45,310 nucleotides of DNA from an uncultured Gammaproteobacteria bacterium (lineage in GTDB: Bacteria; Patescibacteriota; Microgenomatia; Levybacterales; UBA12049). The stretch is from positions 1,262-46,571 of the forward strand of contig CAZSQB010000002.1 of assembly GCA_964608945.1 (NCBI GenBank), read 5' to 3'. Of the stretch, positions 8,123 through 16,484 are shown in pieces. The notes under the pieces were generated by a model. It was not told the origin of the DNA, searched no databases, and saw nothing but the letters and a program-made list of their open reading frames with translations. Each line of letters starts with the position of its first letter. Position 1 is the first letter of the stretch. A program made the position numbers and the translations under genes.

Positions 8123-8987
8123 AACAGATAGTAGAATCTACGAATTAGAAACAAATCAATTGCAGTCAAATCCACTACAGCCACGTGGTGTCGTCCTCCA
8201 GGACTCCCTTACCGATCTTGTTGAATCTATTCGTGAGCAAGGTATTCTTGAGCCTATCGTGGTGGCAAAAACGCCGGCTGGATATCAAATTATCGCGGGA
8301 GAGAGGCGTTGGAGAGCTGCAAAAATCTTGGGAATGCTAAAAGTGCCTGTTGTCATTAAAGAGACAACACCTCAAGGAATGCTTGAGATGTCAATTGTTG
8401 AGAATGTACAGCGTGAGGACCTCAACCCCATTGAAAAAGCACTCGCTTACAAGCGGTTGATTGATGAGTTTGGCCTAGGCACAAATGAGGTTGCAAAACG
8501 GGTTGGAAAAAGTGCTCCGACAGTTTCTAATACCATCCGCCTTCTTTCCCTTCCTGACGCGATAAAAGACGCACTCGTCGCTGGCGTTATTACCGAAGGG
8601 CACGTAAGACCCCTTATCTCACTCGGCGATCCGAAACTAATGCTTGAGCTTTTTAAAAAGATCTTGCGCGATAATGCAACCGTCCGCCAGACCGAAGAGT
8701 TGGCGAGGCGGATAAAAGGGGATGTGCAGAAAAAAGAAATCTCTCATGCCAAGCAACGGTTATGGGTACCGGAGCAGGACGCAATGGCAAAGGAGATTCA
8801 GACAAAGTATAGCTTTGACGATGTAAAAATCTTTCAGACGAGTAAACTCGCACGCCTCACTATTCTTATAAAAGGTGATGCGAGTATGACGACAGAGAAA
8901 TTAAAACGAATCTACAAAATTCTTTCAGAAGGTGATCCTGATGAGTCCAAGGAATCGGGAGAAGTCTCGGTTGCGACTTCAGCCTAA
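8115..8987 (+). CDS. parB: ParB/Spo0J-family chromosome partitioning protein
   Basis: The ParB box GERRWRAAK, the motif [16 protein letters not shown] and the HTH segment [24 protein letters not shown] are present. The start overlaps the rpmA stop by 8 nt. Confidence 0.9.
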   Translation: MNETDSRIYELETNQLQSNPLQPRGVVLQDSLTDLVESIREQGILEPIVVAKTPAGYQIIAGERRWRAAKILGMLKVPVVIKETTPQGMLEMSIVENVQREDLNPIEKALAYKRLIDEFGLGTNEVAKRVGKSAPTVSNTIRLLSLPDAIKDALVAGVITEGHVRPLISLGDPKLMLELFKKILRDNATVRQTEELARRIKGDVQKKEISHAKQRLWVPEQDAMAKEIQTKYSFDDVKIFQTSKLARLTILIKGDASMTTEKLKRIYKILSEGDPDESKESGEVSVATSA

Positions 8988-9553
8988 GTCTTGAATGGAT
9001 TCTTCACGAGGTGGAATTTATTGACTGGCCAGTAGACGACAAATGATTTTCCGGTAACGCCGCGTTTTTTCAGAAATCCCCATTCTCGCGAATCAGAGCT
9101 CTGAGGCCTATTATCCCCCATAACAAGATACGCATCAGCCGGTACTACTTTGACGTCTCCTTCTGAGAGAAATGCTCCGCCTGTTGTTCTGACGCTCTCA
9201 TCAAGATATGAAGATTCATCGAGTTGATCGCCATTGACAAAGACGCGGCCGTTCTGGATCTCTACAGTATCACCTGGTTCTCCAATAACGCGTTTAACAA
9301 ATTCTTTATCAGGATCATTCGGCGCGCGGAAGACGATCACATCACCTTTTTTTGGATCTTCAAAGCGAAGGATGATGAGGTTGGTGAGAATATACTCCTT
9401 ATCATGAAATGTGGGAAACATCGACAGTCCTGACACTTGGAATGGGCGAAAAAGGAACATGTAGATGATGAGAAAGACCGAAAACGCAAGCAGAATAGTC
9501 TGCAAGGTATCTATAAAAAAAGCCCAAATCTTCTTTAGGACTTCGACGAACAT
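8984..9553 (-). CDS. lepB: Signal peptidase I
   Basis: An N-terminal TM segment is followed by the catalytic Ser box SGLSMFPTF, the Lys box VKRVIGEPGD and GDNRPQSSDSREWGF. Confidence 0.9.
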   Translation of the reverse strand: MFVEVLKKIWAFFIDTLQTILLAFSVFLIIYMFLFRPFQVSGLSMFPTFHDKEYILTNLIILRFEDPKKGDVIVFRAPNDPDKEFVKRVIGEPGDTVEIQNGRVFVNGDQLDESSYLDESVRTTGGAFLSEGDVKVVPADAYLVMGDNRPQSSDSREWGFLKKRGVTGKSFVVYWPVNKFHLVKNPFKT

Positions 9554-9624
9554 ACCTTTCTATTATTCGTGAAATAGCCTCATTTGTCAATGAGAGGAGT
9601 TTTTGCTAAGATGAGTGAAAGTTT

Positions 9625-9700
9625 GGACCCTTAGCTCAGTTGGTAGAGCGTTGCATTCACATTGCAAAGGTCAGAAGTTCGAGACTTCTAGGGTCCACCA
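9625..9700 (+). tRNA. tRNA-Val (anticodon CAC) with encoded CCA
   Basis: A manual cloverleaf fits. The acceptor stem is GGACCCT/AGGGTCC and the D arm is GCTC-AGTTGGT-AGAGC. The anticodon stem TTGCA/TGCAA carries the loop TTCACAT, and the T arm is AGAAG-TTCGAGA-CTTCT. The discriminator is A, followed by CCA. Confidence 0.9.
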
Positions 9701-9724
9701 AATTGGATTTTGCAGCGAGTCGGA

Positions 9725-9745
9725 GTCCCGCAGAAAGGGCGGGAC
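9725..9745. repeat. GC-rich hairpin GTCCCGC-N7-GCGGGAC
   Basis: This is a 7-bp perfect stem read directly from the sequence. The identical stem recurs at 20400-20416, and both copies are followed by GAGGG. Confidence 0.6.
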
Positions 9746-10072
9746 GAGGGAAAAGACCTCTGCGAAGCACTTTTTGAATTGGCAAAAAAGCTGCCGATTG
9801 AATAAAGTGTAGTTCGAACCGACTTTTTGAGAAAAAGGTAGGAAAGCGCGAGTCCAGTATAGCGGGATAAACTCCGCGAGCTAACAATTTAACGATTTTC
9901 GCGAAAGGAAGTTCGGATTTTTTCAAAAAGAGCCCACATGGAAATAAAACCCGCGGAGAATTTGAAAATATTAAGTAATTTTAGCTTCCCAGAAATAGAT
10001 TCCCAAATATGGGTTTATCGAGGGGATTGGAACCAGCTTTCGATGAGACCTAATATTCGTTCACGAACGAGA

Positions 10073-11119
10073 CTAACCCCATTTATAAGCGACAAGTCCA
10101 CCAATGTTTCCTGTATCAAAATCAAACAAAAACTTATCTTCTAGTTCCTGAAAAACAAGCGGAATATTTGGCGTCGGGTATAAGTCCATTGATGGCAGCC
10201 GTTTTTCTAATGCTCGCATGAACTCTAACCGCACATCTTCCTCCAATTGCGAGTTCCCGATTCCTACAGTTAAGATAAAAGATCCATAATCCCGTAAAGA
10301 GTTACATAAAGGGCGTAAAATCTGACTGATATTTCTACGATTTTCATACGTAGAGAATGGTTTGTGTGGCTTTCCTTTTGCCGATATAAATATTTCAGGG
10401 TCTGCACGATACCAGAGTACGGTATCTAAGTCTTTCGGGATCAATGCTGTCTTAAGCGCTTCTCCTATCGTTATCGGGTAATATGTCAGCTTTTCATCAG
10501 GAAATGTTATATATTTTCTCGTGTGCTTCACTGCCTCAAGAGCAGAAGGGTTCGGCTCTATTGCATGGGCTTTTCCCGGAAGCAGGGGTAATTCAATTGG
10601 TTGTTCATCAGTCTCGAATGCATTGAGTGCATCGTTGGTCTTAGCGCCGGGATAAAATCTCTCCATATCTGTCTCATAATAACTACGTAGCATTTCTTCA
10701 GGAGGTGGAGAAAGATAGAGTCCCAATAGCTCGTGAAGCGTATTTCCTGATCCAACAAGCAATGTCTCTCCTCCTCTTCCTATTTCTCCCATCAGCTCTG
10801 CTGTACGTAAGAAACGATAGCATTGTGGGAATTCAGGAGTTATGAAAAGTAGTTGCGGATACTGGAAAAGATATGCGCTTGCCTCAATAGCTGCTGTGTA
10901 TTTTGCATCTGTCCATAAAAGACGCTGTTTCTCGGCAGCTGATACTAACATCTGATACATATCGAGGTTTGTTGTCCGATGAAATCCCATAAGGAGATGA
11001 ATTTCATGGTCAAATACAGTAGTCATTAGAGGAATTGCCACGTGTCGAGGAGCTTCACGCAAGCTTTGAGGCGTCTTAAAAGCAGAATCAGGCAGTGGAT
11101 TTTCACCTGGAAGTACCAT
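10073..11119 (-). CDS. Hypothetical protein (orphan, no recognisable domain)
   Basis: This is a 348-aa uninterrupted ORF whose codon usage resembles the housekeeping block. I could not recognise any motif. Confidence 0.6.
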   Translation of the reverse strand: MVLPGENPLPDSAFKTPQSLREAPRHVAIPLMTTVFDHEIHLLMGFHRTTNLDMYQMLVSAAEKQRLLWTDAKYTAAIEASAYLFQYPQLLFITPEFPQCYRFLRTAELMGEIGRGGETLLVGSGNTLHELLGLYLSPPPEEMLRSYYETDMERFYPGAKTNDALNAFETDEQPIELPLLPGKAHAIEPNPSALEAVKHTRKYITFPDEKLTYYPITIGEALKTALIPKDLDTVLWYRADPEIFISAKGKPHKPFSTYENRRNISQILRPLCNSLRDYGSFILTVGIGNSQLEEDVRLEFMRALEKRLPSMDLYPTPNIPLVFQELEDKFLFDFDTGNIGGLVAYKWG

Positions 11120-11211
11120 AGATCGTTTCTTTTCTGAAGAAGATTATACTATACCAGATTCAAATGCTTAAATTGACGGCTCTTTATTCATTATTGTCTA
11201 TAGGTATTGCA

Positions 11212-11607
11212 TCAAGACACTCTTGCGGGTGACTTCCTAATAAGGTTTCTGATTTCTTTTGTTGAAAAACCCGCATATTCCATAAGCTTTGGAATTTTTC
11301 CTGAGAGGTTATCTTTAATATATTCTTTTGGCTCGACTACCGATTCAAGCGATAATATGACTTTCCAAATAAAATTCTTAGGTTTACCGATATAACATCA
11401 AATGTATTATCTGCAAATGGCAGCTTTTCAGCAGGTGATTGTATGAGTTCAACAGAAAGGTGCTTTGCTTTTGCTTTTCTTTTCAAGAGTAATCAATGAG
11501 AGCGTTTTATTCTGTAGGTTTTTTCCTACAAAAAAAGCATCAACAAAGTAGTCATACCACTTTGTCTGGTTATTATTTACCATAGCGGGAGCAAATTTAT
11601 ATTTCAT
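11212..11607 (-). pseudogene. Decayed class I SAM methyltransferase (Methyltransf_11-like) remnant
   Basis: Minus-strand translation needs at least 2 frame changes. Frame a reads MKYKF...LSLITLEKKSKSKAPFC*, frame b reads VELIQSPAEKLPFADNTFDVISV...*, and frame c reads EPKEYIKDNLSGKIPKLMEYAGFSTKEIRNLI...*. AEKLPFADNTFDVI is a diagnostic methyltransferase motif, and no GxGxG motif I remains. Confidence 0.5.
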
Positions 11608-11662
11608 AGACAGTGAAATTGTAACACAAGCACTCCACCCTGATATTGATGAGACACAATAC

Positions 11663-11701
11663 AGTCCTATAGTTGAGAATTACCTTCATTTTTGATATAC
11701 T
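11663..11701 (+). promoter_or_regulatory. Promoter TTGAGA-N17-TATACT with upstream box AGTCCTATAGTTGA
   Basis: The -35 is at 11673-11678 and the -10 at 11696-11701. The ATG at 11709 lies 7 nt after the -10. The 14-mer at 11663-11676 is repeated exactly at 12616-12629. Confidence 0.55.
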
Positions 11702-11708
11702 TCTTGCC

Positions 11709-12356
11709 ATGGGAACGCCAGAAAATCTATTACTTGATCATCCAGGAGACGAATCATCTGCTGCGCGAGTCATGAAGCTCAGTGATCTCCTTCGAGCAGC
11801 TGCTACACAAGATATAGAAATCGGAACTGTCGTGGAAGTTGATAACCTTACCCGGTTTGCGGGTGTTGTTGATGCTATTGCGCTTAAGCTAATGCTCGAT
11901 CAGGCTGGTGATGAAATGCGCATCATACCTCCGACCGTTTCAGCATATCTTCCGGATCTATTGGGCAGGGAGCAGAGAAAGGGAGGGTATTGGGGGAAGA
12001 CGACTGAAAATCATAAGGCCATTATTATCCCTGAAGATAGATCCATTATAGACCTAAGGCAGCGTGAAAGGGAAGACGTGAAAGCAATGTCATTTTTAGC
12101 TGTGCGCGATATTGTCACTACGGGGAGAGGAAATATTGGTGCTGTAGCAACAACGTGTACTGTTTATGGGAGAATCCGGCTTCGTGAGTCCATAGATGGG
12201 GACATGTTACTCGGAAGTTTTACAGCGCGAACTCGGCGAGCCAACCATGACGTGCTTGATCGCCTCTTGCAAGAATCCCAAGCGAATTGGGCAAGACGGA
12301 TGCGGGCAGGTCTCAGAGCTGTATATCCTGCAGGTATTCCTGGGCTCGGAAAATAA
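11709..12356 (+). CDS. Hypothetical protein (orphan)
   Basis: This lies within ORF-track 11673-12356. The track's TTG start sits inside the -35 box, so ATG 11709 (MGTPENLLLDHPGDE...) is preferred. The product is 215 aa with no recognisable domain. Confidence 0.6.
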   Translation: MGTPENLLLDHPGDESSAARVMKLSDLLRAAATQDIEIGTVVEVDNLTRFAGVVDAIALKLMLDQAGDEMRIIPPTVSAYLPDLLGREQRKGGYWGKTTENHKAIIIPEDRSIIDLRQREREDVKAMSFLAVRDIVTTGRGNIGAVATTCTVYGRIRLRESIDGDMLLGSFTARTRRANHDVLDRLLQESQANWARRMRAGLRAVYPAGIPGLGK

Positions 12357-12377
12357 AGGTAACATCTATTGACTTCT

Positions 12378-12590
12378 TCACCTCTCGTCTAAAATTCTTT
12401 TTGCCTTTTTGAGATCTTTTTCAAGCACTTTTAGCTCCACTCCCTGGACATAGGCGATGGGGAAAGGGCGCATGCCGCCTGCATCATCTGCCATGATGAT
12501 TGATTTTATCCCATGCGTCTCAAGAAGCCCCTTCACGACCTCCGCTTCCAAACGGGAATTAAATGTGCTTACAGTTATCAGCTTTGACAC
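12378..12590 (-). CDS. Small DUF2007-like protein (putative signal-transducing fold)
   Basis: The pattern LITVSTFNSRLEAEVVKGLLETHGIKSIIMADDAGG...VELKVLEKDLKKAKRIL matches the DUF2007 pattern from memory. The ORF has no ATG. GTG 12590 is preceded on the minus strand by TGCTATAAT plus 6 nt, so it is preferred over TTG 12638. Confidence 0.55.
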   Translation of the reverse strand: MSKLITVSTFNSRLEAEVVKGLLETHGIKSIIMADDAGGMRPFPIAYVQGVELKVLEKDLKKAKRILDER

Positions 12591-12615
12591 AAAGAGATTA
12601 TAGCAAAAATCTAGA

Positions 12616-12654
12616 AGTCCTATAGTTGAACTACCCAATTTTTCTTGCTATACT
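12616..12654 (+). promoter_or_regulatory. Promoter TTGAAC-N17-TATACT with the same upstream box AGTCCTATAGTTGA
   Basis: The -35 is at 12626-12631 and the -10 at 12649-12654. An ATG at 12661 lies 6 nt after the -10. Confidence 0.5.
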
Positions 12655-12660
12655 CCAAGT

Positions 12661-12828
12661 ATGCTTGAGAGAGATAGTGGAAATACATTTGACAGATCAT
12701 CTCCCGATTCTCCTTTGCGTCCCAATCCAATGCAACTGAAAATACTACAAGAACCTCCTTTTCCTGGTGAAGCTGACAGCCCAGCGCAGAGGTTACTTGC
12801 CATGCAGGCCCGAGATGATAATTTATAG
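12661..12828 (+). CDS. Candidate 55-aa proline-rich small ORF (below the ORF-track cutoff)
   Basis: Translated by hand as MLERDSGNTFDRSSPDSPLRPNPMQLKILQEPPFPGEADSPAQRLLAMQARDDNL*. Support comes only from the promoter-like context immediately upstream. Confidence 0.3.
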   Translation: MLERDSGNTFDRSSPDSPLRPNPMQLKILQEPPFPGEADSPAQRLLAMQARDDNL

Positions 12829-12857
12829 ATGTATCTTTTGCATCCTAGGGGCTACAC

Positions 12858-13202
12858 CTAGGGTAACCCCTCACAGACAGTCCCGTCGCCGTCTTTGTCG
12901 AGGTTGTACGGATCTTTCTGTGGACCCCCAGCGGCTTCAAAAAATTTCTGTGCCTCTGCTTGCGTTTTAAAACTATTGCAATTGCGATCTTTCAGCTCAT
13001 CGCCCGAGCCAATTTTGGAATTAACCAAGTTATAGAATGACGGGCTGTTCTGATAGTATTCGTCGAGAATGAAAATGAGGATTAGTACGATTCCCGCGAT
13101 AAGCAGTACATTGCTCGAAAATTTCGATTTTGGCCGTCTGGCCTTTTTCTTCACAGCAAAGGGCAACTTCTGGTATGATAGCAGGGAAACTATCAAGACC
13201 AA
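12858..13202 (-). CDS. Membrane-anchored Excalibur (calcium-binding) domain protein
   Basis: An N-terminal basic stretch and a TM segment (VLLIAGIVLILIFIL) are followed by the C-terminal sequence CNSFKTQAEAQKFFEAAGGPQKDPYNLDKDGDGTVCE. That sequence is the Excalibur DxDxDG-type signature. Confidence 0.75.
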   Translation of the reverse strand: MVLIVSLLSYQKLPFAVKKKARRPKSKFSSNVLLIAGIVLILIFILDEYYQNSPSFYNLVNSKIGSGDELKDRNCNSFKTQAEAQKFFEAAGGPQKDPYNLDKDGDGTVCEGLP

Positions 13203-13345
13203 GATCAGGTCGCTAGCATCATTATGCTACTTCTGCGGGGTATTGCAACTATCATTCCTTGCTCGATCCTTCAACGTGGCATGGTAATAGGCTTTTTACT
13301 TGTATTAGGCTTAATAGATCTGCTCCATAAATAGTCAATTATAAA

Positions 13346-14173
13346 ATGCTTTCAGTCTTATATGTTTACTTTAATACGCCAGAAGAGTTATTAGACTCCA
13401 CAAACTCCATTAAAAGAGCAATCAATAGCTTTCCGTATGAGATAGTAATAGTAGACAATGCATCAACCAAAAAGCTTCCAAAACTGAATTCCCGTATTAG
13501 TGTTAAGTTAATTATAAACACCGATAATCAAGGATATGGCAAAGCAATGAATCAAGCGGCTAAAGCTGCAAAAGGAGATATTTTGCTTATTGCTAACACG
13601 GATACGATTTTTACTGAGAACTCAATCAAGCTGATTACTGAGAGGATAAAAAAGAATGAGAGAATCGGTGTAATTGGTCCACAAATGATTAGTAAGAGTG
13701 GCAGAGTACTTCAGAGCTATAATGGGCAGCCTTTTTTGCCGGATGCTCTTTTTGCGTTTTCTTTTATTAATAGCTTTTTCCCAAATAACAAGTTTTCCAA
13801 AAGATATTGGTTAGGTGACATGGATACAAAAAAAGAGAATGAAGTAGGCTTCGTTGGGGGAGCTTGTATGGTAATTAAAAAATCAGTATTTGAGAGAGCA
13901 GGCGGTTTCGATGAACGATTCTTTATGTACTTTGAAGAAGCTGATATCTGCTTCAGAATAAAAAAATTAGGATATAAAATTTTATACTTCCCCGATGCAA
14001 GAGTTATTCATTTAATAGGAAGGAGTACAAAAGATAACAAATGGATTAAGAAAACTTTTGAAGAAAGCAGGTTTAAATTCTTCCAAAAATATCACGGTAA
14101 TCTTATGGCAATAATGGGCGAGTGTATTTTAAGAATTATGAATTTTCCTATTAAGAAATATATAACAACATGA
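13346..14173 (+). CDS. Glycosyltransferase family 2 (soluble, rhamnosyltransferase-like)
   Basis: Motifs seen are VIVDNAS, YGKAMNQAAKAAKGDILLIANTDT and GACMVIKKSVFERAGGFDERFFMYFEEADICFR. Confidence 0.85.
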   Translation: MLSVLYVYFNTPEELLDSTNSIKRAINSFPYEIVIVDNASTKKLPKLNSRISVKLIINTDNQGYGKAMNQAAKAAKGDILLIANTDTIFTENSIKLITERIKKNERIGVIGPQMISKSGRVLQSYNGQPFLPDALFAFSFINSFFPNNKFSKRYWLGDMDTKKENEVGFVGGACMVIKKSVFERAGGFDERFFMYFEEADICFRIKKLGYKILYFPDARVIHLIGRSTKDNKWIKKTFEESRFKFFQKYHGNLMAIMGECILRIMNFPIKKYITT

Positions 14174-15252
14174 AGGTTTTGTTTTTGGCGAGGCTGTTTT
14201 ACCCTCACATTGGTGGGGTGGAGAGGCATGTGTATGAGGTGAGCCGCGAGTTGGTGGAGCGGGGGCACAAGGTGACGATAGTGACTGAGAAATTTGATGA
14301 TGATTCGGCAGAGCATCAGAAATCTGAAGGAATTGAAGTCTATAGGATTCCTGTTGGGAAAAATGTGTGGCTTAAAAAATTTACCATCTGGCAGTGGCTC
14401 ATCCGACACAAGCGACTGATGCGAAATGCGCATATCATCCACTGTCATGATGTGTTTTTCTGGTATTTGCCATTTCGCTTTTTTTACCTGACAAAAAAAG
14501 TATTTACCACATTTCACGGATACGAAGGCAATGAGGTTCCGAGTAAACGCTCAATTCTTATGCATAAAATCGCAGAGAAATTATCTCGAGGCAATATCTG
14601 TATCGGTGAGTTTTTGAGGAAGTGGTACAATACAAAACCAAGTTTTATTTCTTATGGAGGTATAATCCCGATTAATGAGAAGGCATCATATCAGAAAATA
14701 GAGCCAAGACAAAAAATATCTTTTGTATTTGTCGGGCGACTGGAAGAAGAGACAGGAATAATGGTCTATCTTCGCGCGATGCAGGTTGTCCAGATAAGAG
14801 GCTTTGCTGTCAACCTAATCGTTCTTGGAGATGGCAGCAAGAGAAAAGAGGCAGAGCACTTTTGTCAGAAAAACAAGCTGTCTGCTAAATTTACGGGGTT
14901 TGTCTCTGACATGGATAAATATATTTTGAGATCTCACTTTGTTTTTACCTCCCGTTATTTAGGAATTCTTGAAGCACTATCGCGAAAAAGATTTGTATTT
15001 GCTGTGTACAATAACACCGTTAAAAAAGATTACTTATTCATGACACCTTTTTCAGATTTTATTTCAATTACCAAGGACGATAATGCGCTTTCTGACGAAA
15101 TCGTCTTTCATATTCAGAACCAACACGTTGCTTTTGAAAAAACAAAAAAGGGTTTCTTGTGGACACAAAAACAAACATGGGAACGCCTCACAGATACCTA
15201 TTTGCAGCTTTGGTCGAGTAGGCGTAATCAATTTTCTCCTGTGTCATTCTGA
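14170..15252 (+). CDS. Glycosyltransferase family 4 (GT-B fold)
   Basis: The N-terminus MKVLFLARLFYPHIGGVERHVYEVSRELVERGHKV is typical of GT4. The start overlaps the upstream stop (ATGA). The last codons (PVSF*) run into a GTCATTCTGAG-type sequence. Confidence 0.8.
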   Translation: MKVLFLARLFYPHIGGVERHVYEVSRELVERGHKVTIVTEKFDDDSAEHQKSEGIEVYRIPVGKNVWLKKFTIWQWLIRHKRLMRNAHIIHCHDVFFWYLPFRFFYLTKKVFTTFHGYEGNEVPSKRSILMHKIAEKLSRGNICIGEFLRKWYNTKPSFISYGGIIPINEKASYQKIEPRQKISFVFVGRLEEETGIMVYLRAMQVVQIRGFAVNLIVLGDGSKRKEAEHFCQKNKLSAKFTGFVSDMDKYILRSHFVFTSRYLGILEALSRKRFVFAVYNNTVKKDYLFMTPFSDFISITKDDNALSDEIVFHIQNQHVAFEKTKKGFLWTQKQTWERLTDTYLQLWSSRRNQFSPVSF

Positions 15253-15310
15253 GTGTAGTTTAGCCACCAGTTCTCAGCAGCTTGGTGCTGGGACCTTATT
15301 ACTATTTTAA

Positions 15311-15339
15311 TTGCAATCTTTATGGCCTCTTGCTATACT
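15311..15339 (+). promoter_or_regulatory. Promoter TTGCAA-N17-TATACT (TTGCTATACT decamer)
   Basis: TTGCAA is at 15311-15316 and TATACT at 15334-15339. The downstream ATG is at 15363. Confidence 0.5.
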
Positions 15340-15362
15340 TGTGCTGTTTTTGTTGATGTGCT

Positions 15363-15755
15363 ATGGCGAAAAGAGAAAAGCCTAGACTATTACTACCTAA
15401 CTGTAACATAAAAACTCTACTTGATGGCCGCGGCGGAATTTTTACCTGGGTGGCAGAGGATGATATTAAAGAATTTAATCTTCTATACTTTAATACAGGA
15501 ATAATCCGCGGAAATCATTATCACCCAGAATTTGTTGAATATTTTTTGGTAGTCGAAGGCGCAGGTGCTATGGTTTATAAAGAAGAAAGAGGAACTCCTG
15601 AAAATGTGGTCCACATGAGCAAAGGAACATGCGTGCGGACTCCTGCCGGGGTAGCGCACGCTTTTCAAGCTATAACACCCGTTACTGCCATCGCTCTTTT
15701 AACAAAACCGTGGGATGACTGTAAGACACCAATAGTACGAATAGATATAATTTAG
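15363..15755 (+). CDS. Cupin-fold sugar-nucleotide isomerase/epimerase-like protein (WxcM/FdtA/CapF-C-like)
   Basis: 130 aa. The motif RGNHYHPEFVEYFLVVEGAG...PAGVAHAF is a cupin His-motif arrangement like those of NDP-ketosugar isomerases. The specific activity is not assignable. Confidence 0.55.
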   Translation: MAKREKPRLLLPNCNIKTLLDGRGGIFTWVAEDDIKEFNLLYFNTGIIRGNHYHPEFVEYFLVVEGAGAMVYKEERGTPENVVHMSKGTCVRTPAGVAHAFQAITPVTAIALLTKPWDDCKTPIVRIDII

Positions 15756-15773
15756 ATTCCTCATCCTCATATC

Positions 15774-16481
15774 ATGAAACGCGTCGCATTAATTGGAGCA
15801 AGCGGACATGTGGGCAGTGCTCTTTTTAAAGAGTTATGTAAAGATACATCGCTCAGGGTAGAAGCAGTTATTCGTAAGAACTATTCTTTTTGGAAAAAAC
15901 GTAAGTTTGATATTGTTATTAACGCCGCGATGCCTTCCGCCCGTTTTTGGGCTGAAAATAACCCTCAGAAAGATTTTGTTGAAACGGTGAAAAAAACAGC
16001 AGATATTCTATACGATTGGAAATATAAAAAGATTATTCAGATAAGCACAATTTCTGCCCGAACCGAGCAAAATTTAATGTATGGAAGACATAAAGCCGCA
16101 GCAGAGACTCTCTGCAACTTTGACGAAAACTTAATAGTCAGATTAACCGCATTATATGCAGATACCCTCAACAAAGGCGCACTTATTGATATCATTAATG
16201 GGAATAAAGTGTATGTCAGTGAAAAAAGCAGGTATAGTTTTGCAAGTCTTGCATTTGTCTGTAAGTGGATCGCCCAGAATCTTGATAAAAAAGGTATCAG
16301 GGAAGTTGGAGCAAAGAATGCAATATCTTTAGAAGAAATTGTAAAACATTTGAAACTTTCTGTAGCATTTGAAGGGCGTATTGATATTCAAGAAGTGCAA
16401 AATCCCTCGCCTGGCTTTCCAGATGCAAAAGAAGTGTTATCCTATTTAGACAAGAAAATGAAAAAGAAATCGAGCGTATAA
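15774..16481 (+). CDS. Short NAD(P)-binding SDR-type sugar reductase/epimerase
   Basis: A Rossmann motif (ALIGASGHVGSAL) and a YxxxK motif (YGRHKAAAE) are present. Confidence 0.7.
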   Translation: MKRVALIGASGHVGSALFKELCKDTSLRVEAVIRKNYSFWKKRKFDIVINAAMPSARFWAENNPQKDFVETVKKTADILYDWKYKKIIQISTISARTEQNLMYGRHKAAAETLCNFDENLIVRLTALYADTLNKGALIDIINGNKVYVSEKSRYSFASLAFVCKWIAQNLDKKGIREVGAKNAISLEEIVKHLKLSVAFEGRIDIQEVQNPSPGFPDAKEVLSYLDKKMKKKSSV

Positions 16482-16484
16482 CAC

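Noticed and set aside
9657-9926. An 89-aa minus-strand ORF overlapping tRNA-Val, and a 65-aa plus-strand ORF at 9615-9812.
   Set aside because: Both overlap the tRNA gene and the GC hairpin. Their low-complexity translations (GLFPRPALSAGLRLAA) are what hairpin repeats produce when translated.
9701-10072. This tract could be a tmRNA, RNase P RNA or SRP RNA gene.
   Set aside because: I could not find a tRNA-like 3' end with CCA-proximal acceptor pairing. I also found no resume-codon/tag ORF ending in an Ala-Ala-type tail, no RNase P P4 GGAAAGTCCGG-like core and no SRP GGAA/AGCA domain IV motif. It is kept only as an unexplained noncoding tract.
10073-12356. The orphan-gene islet as compositionally foreign (high GC).
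   Set aside because: Spot counts (28/60 and 29/60 G+C) match the housekeeping genes (25-33/60). The outliers are the AT-rich glycan modules, not the islet.
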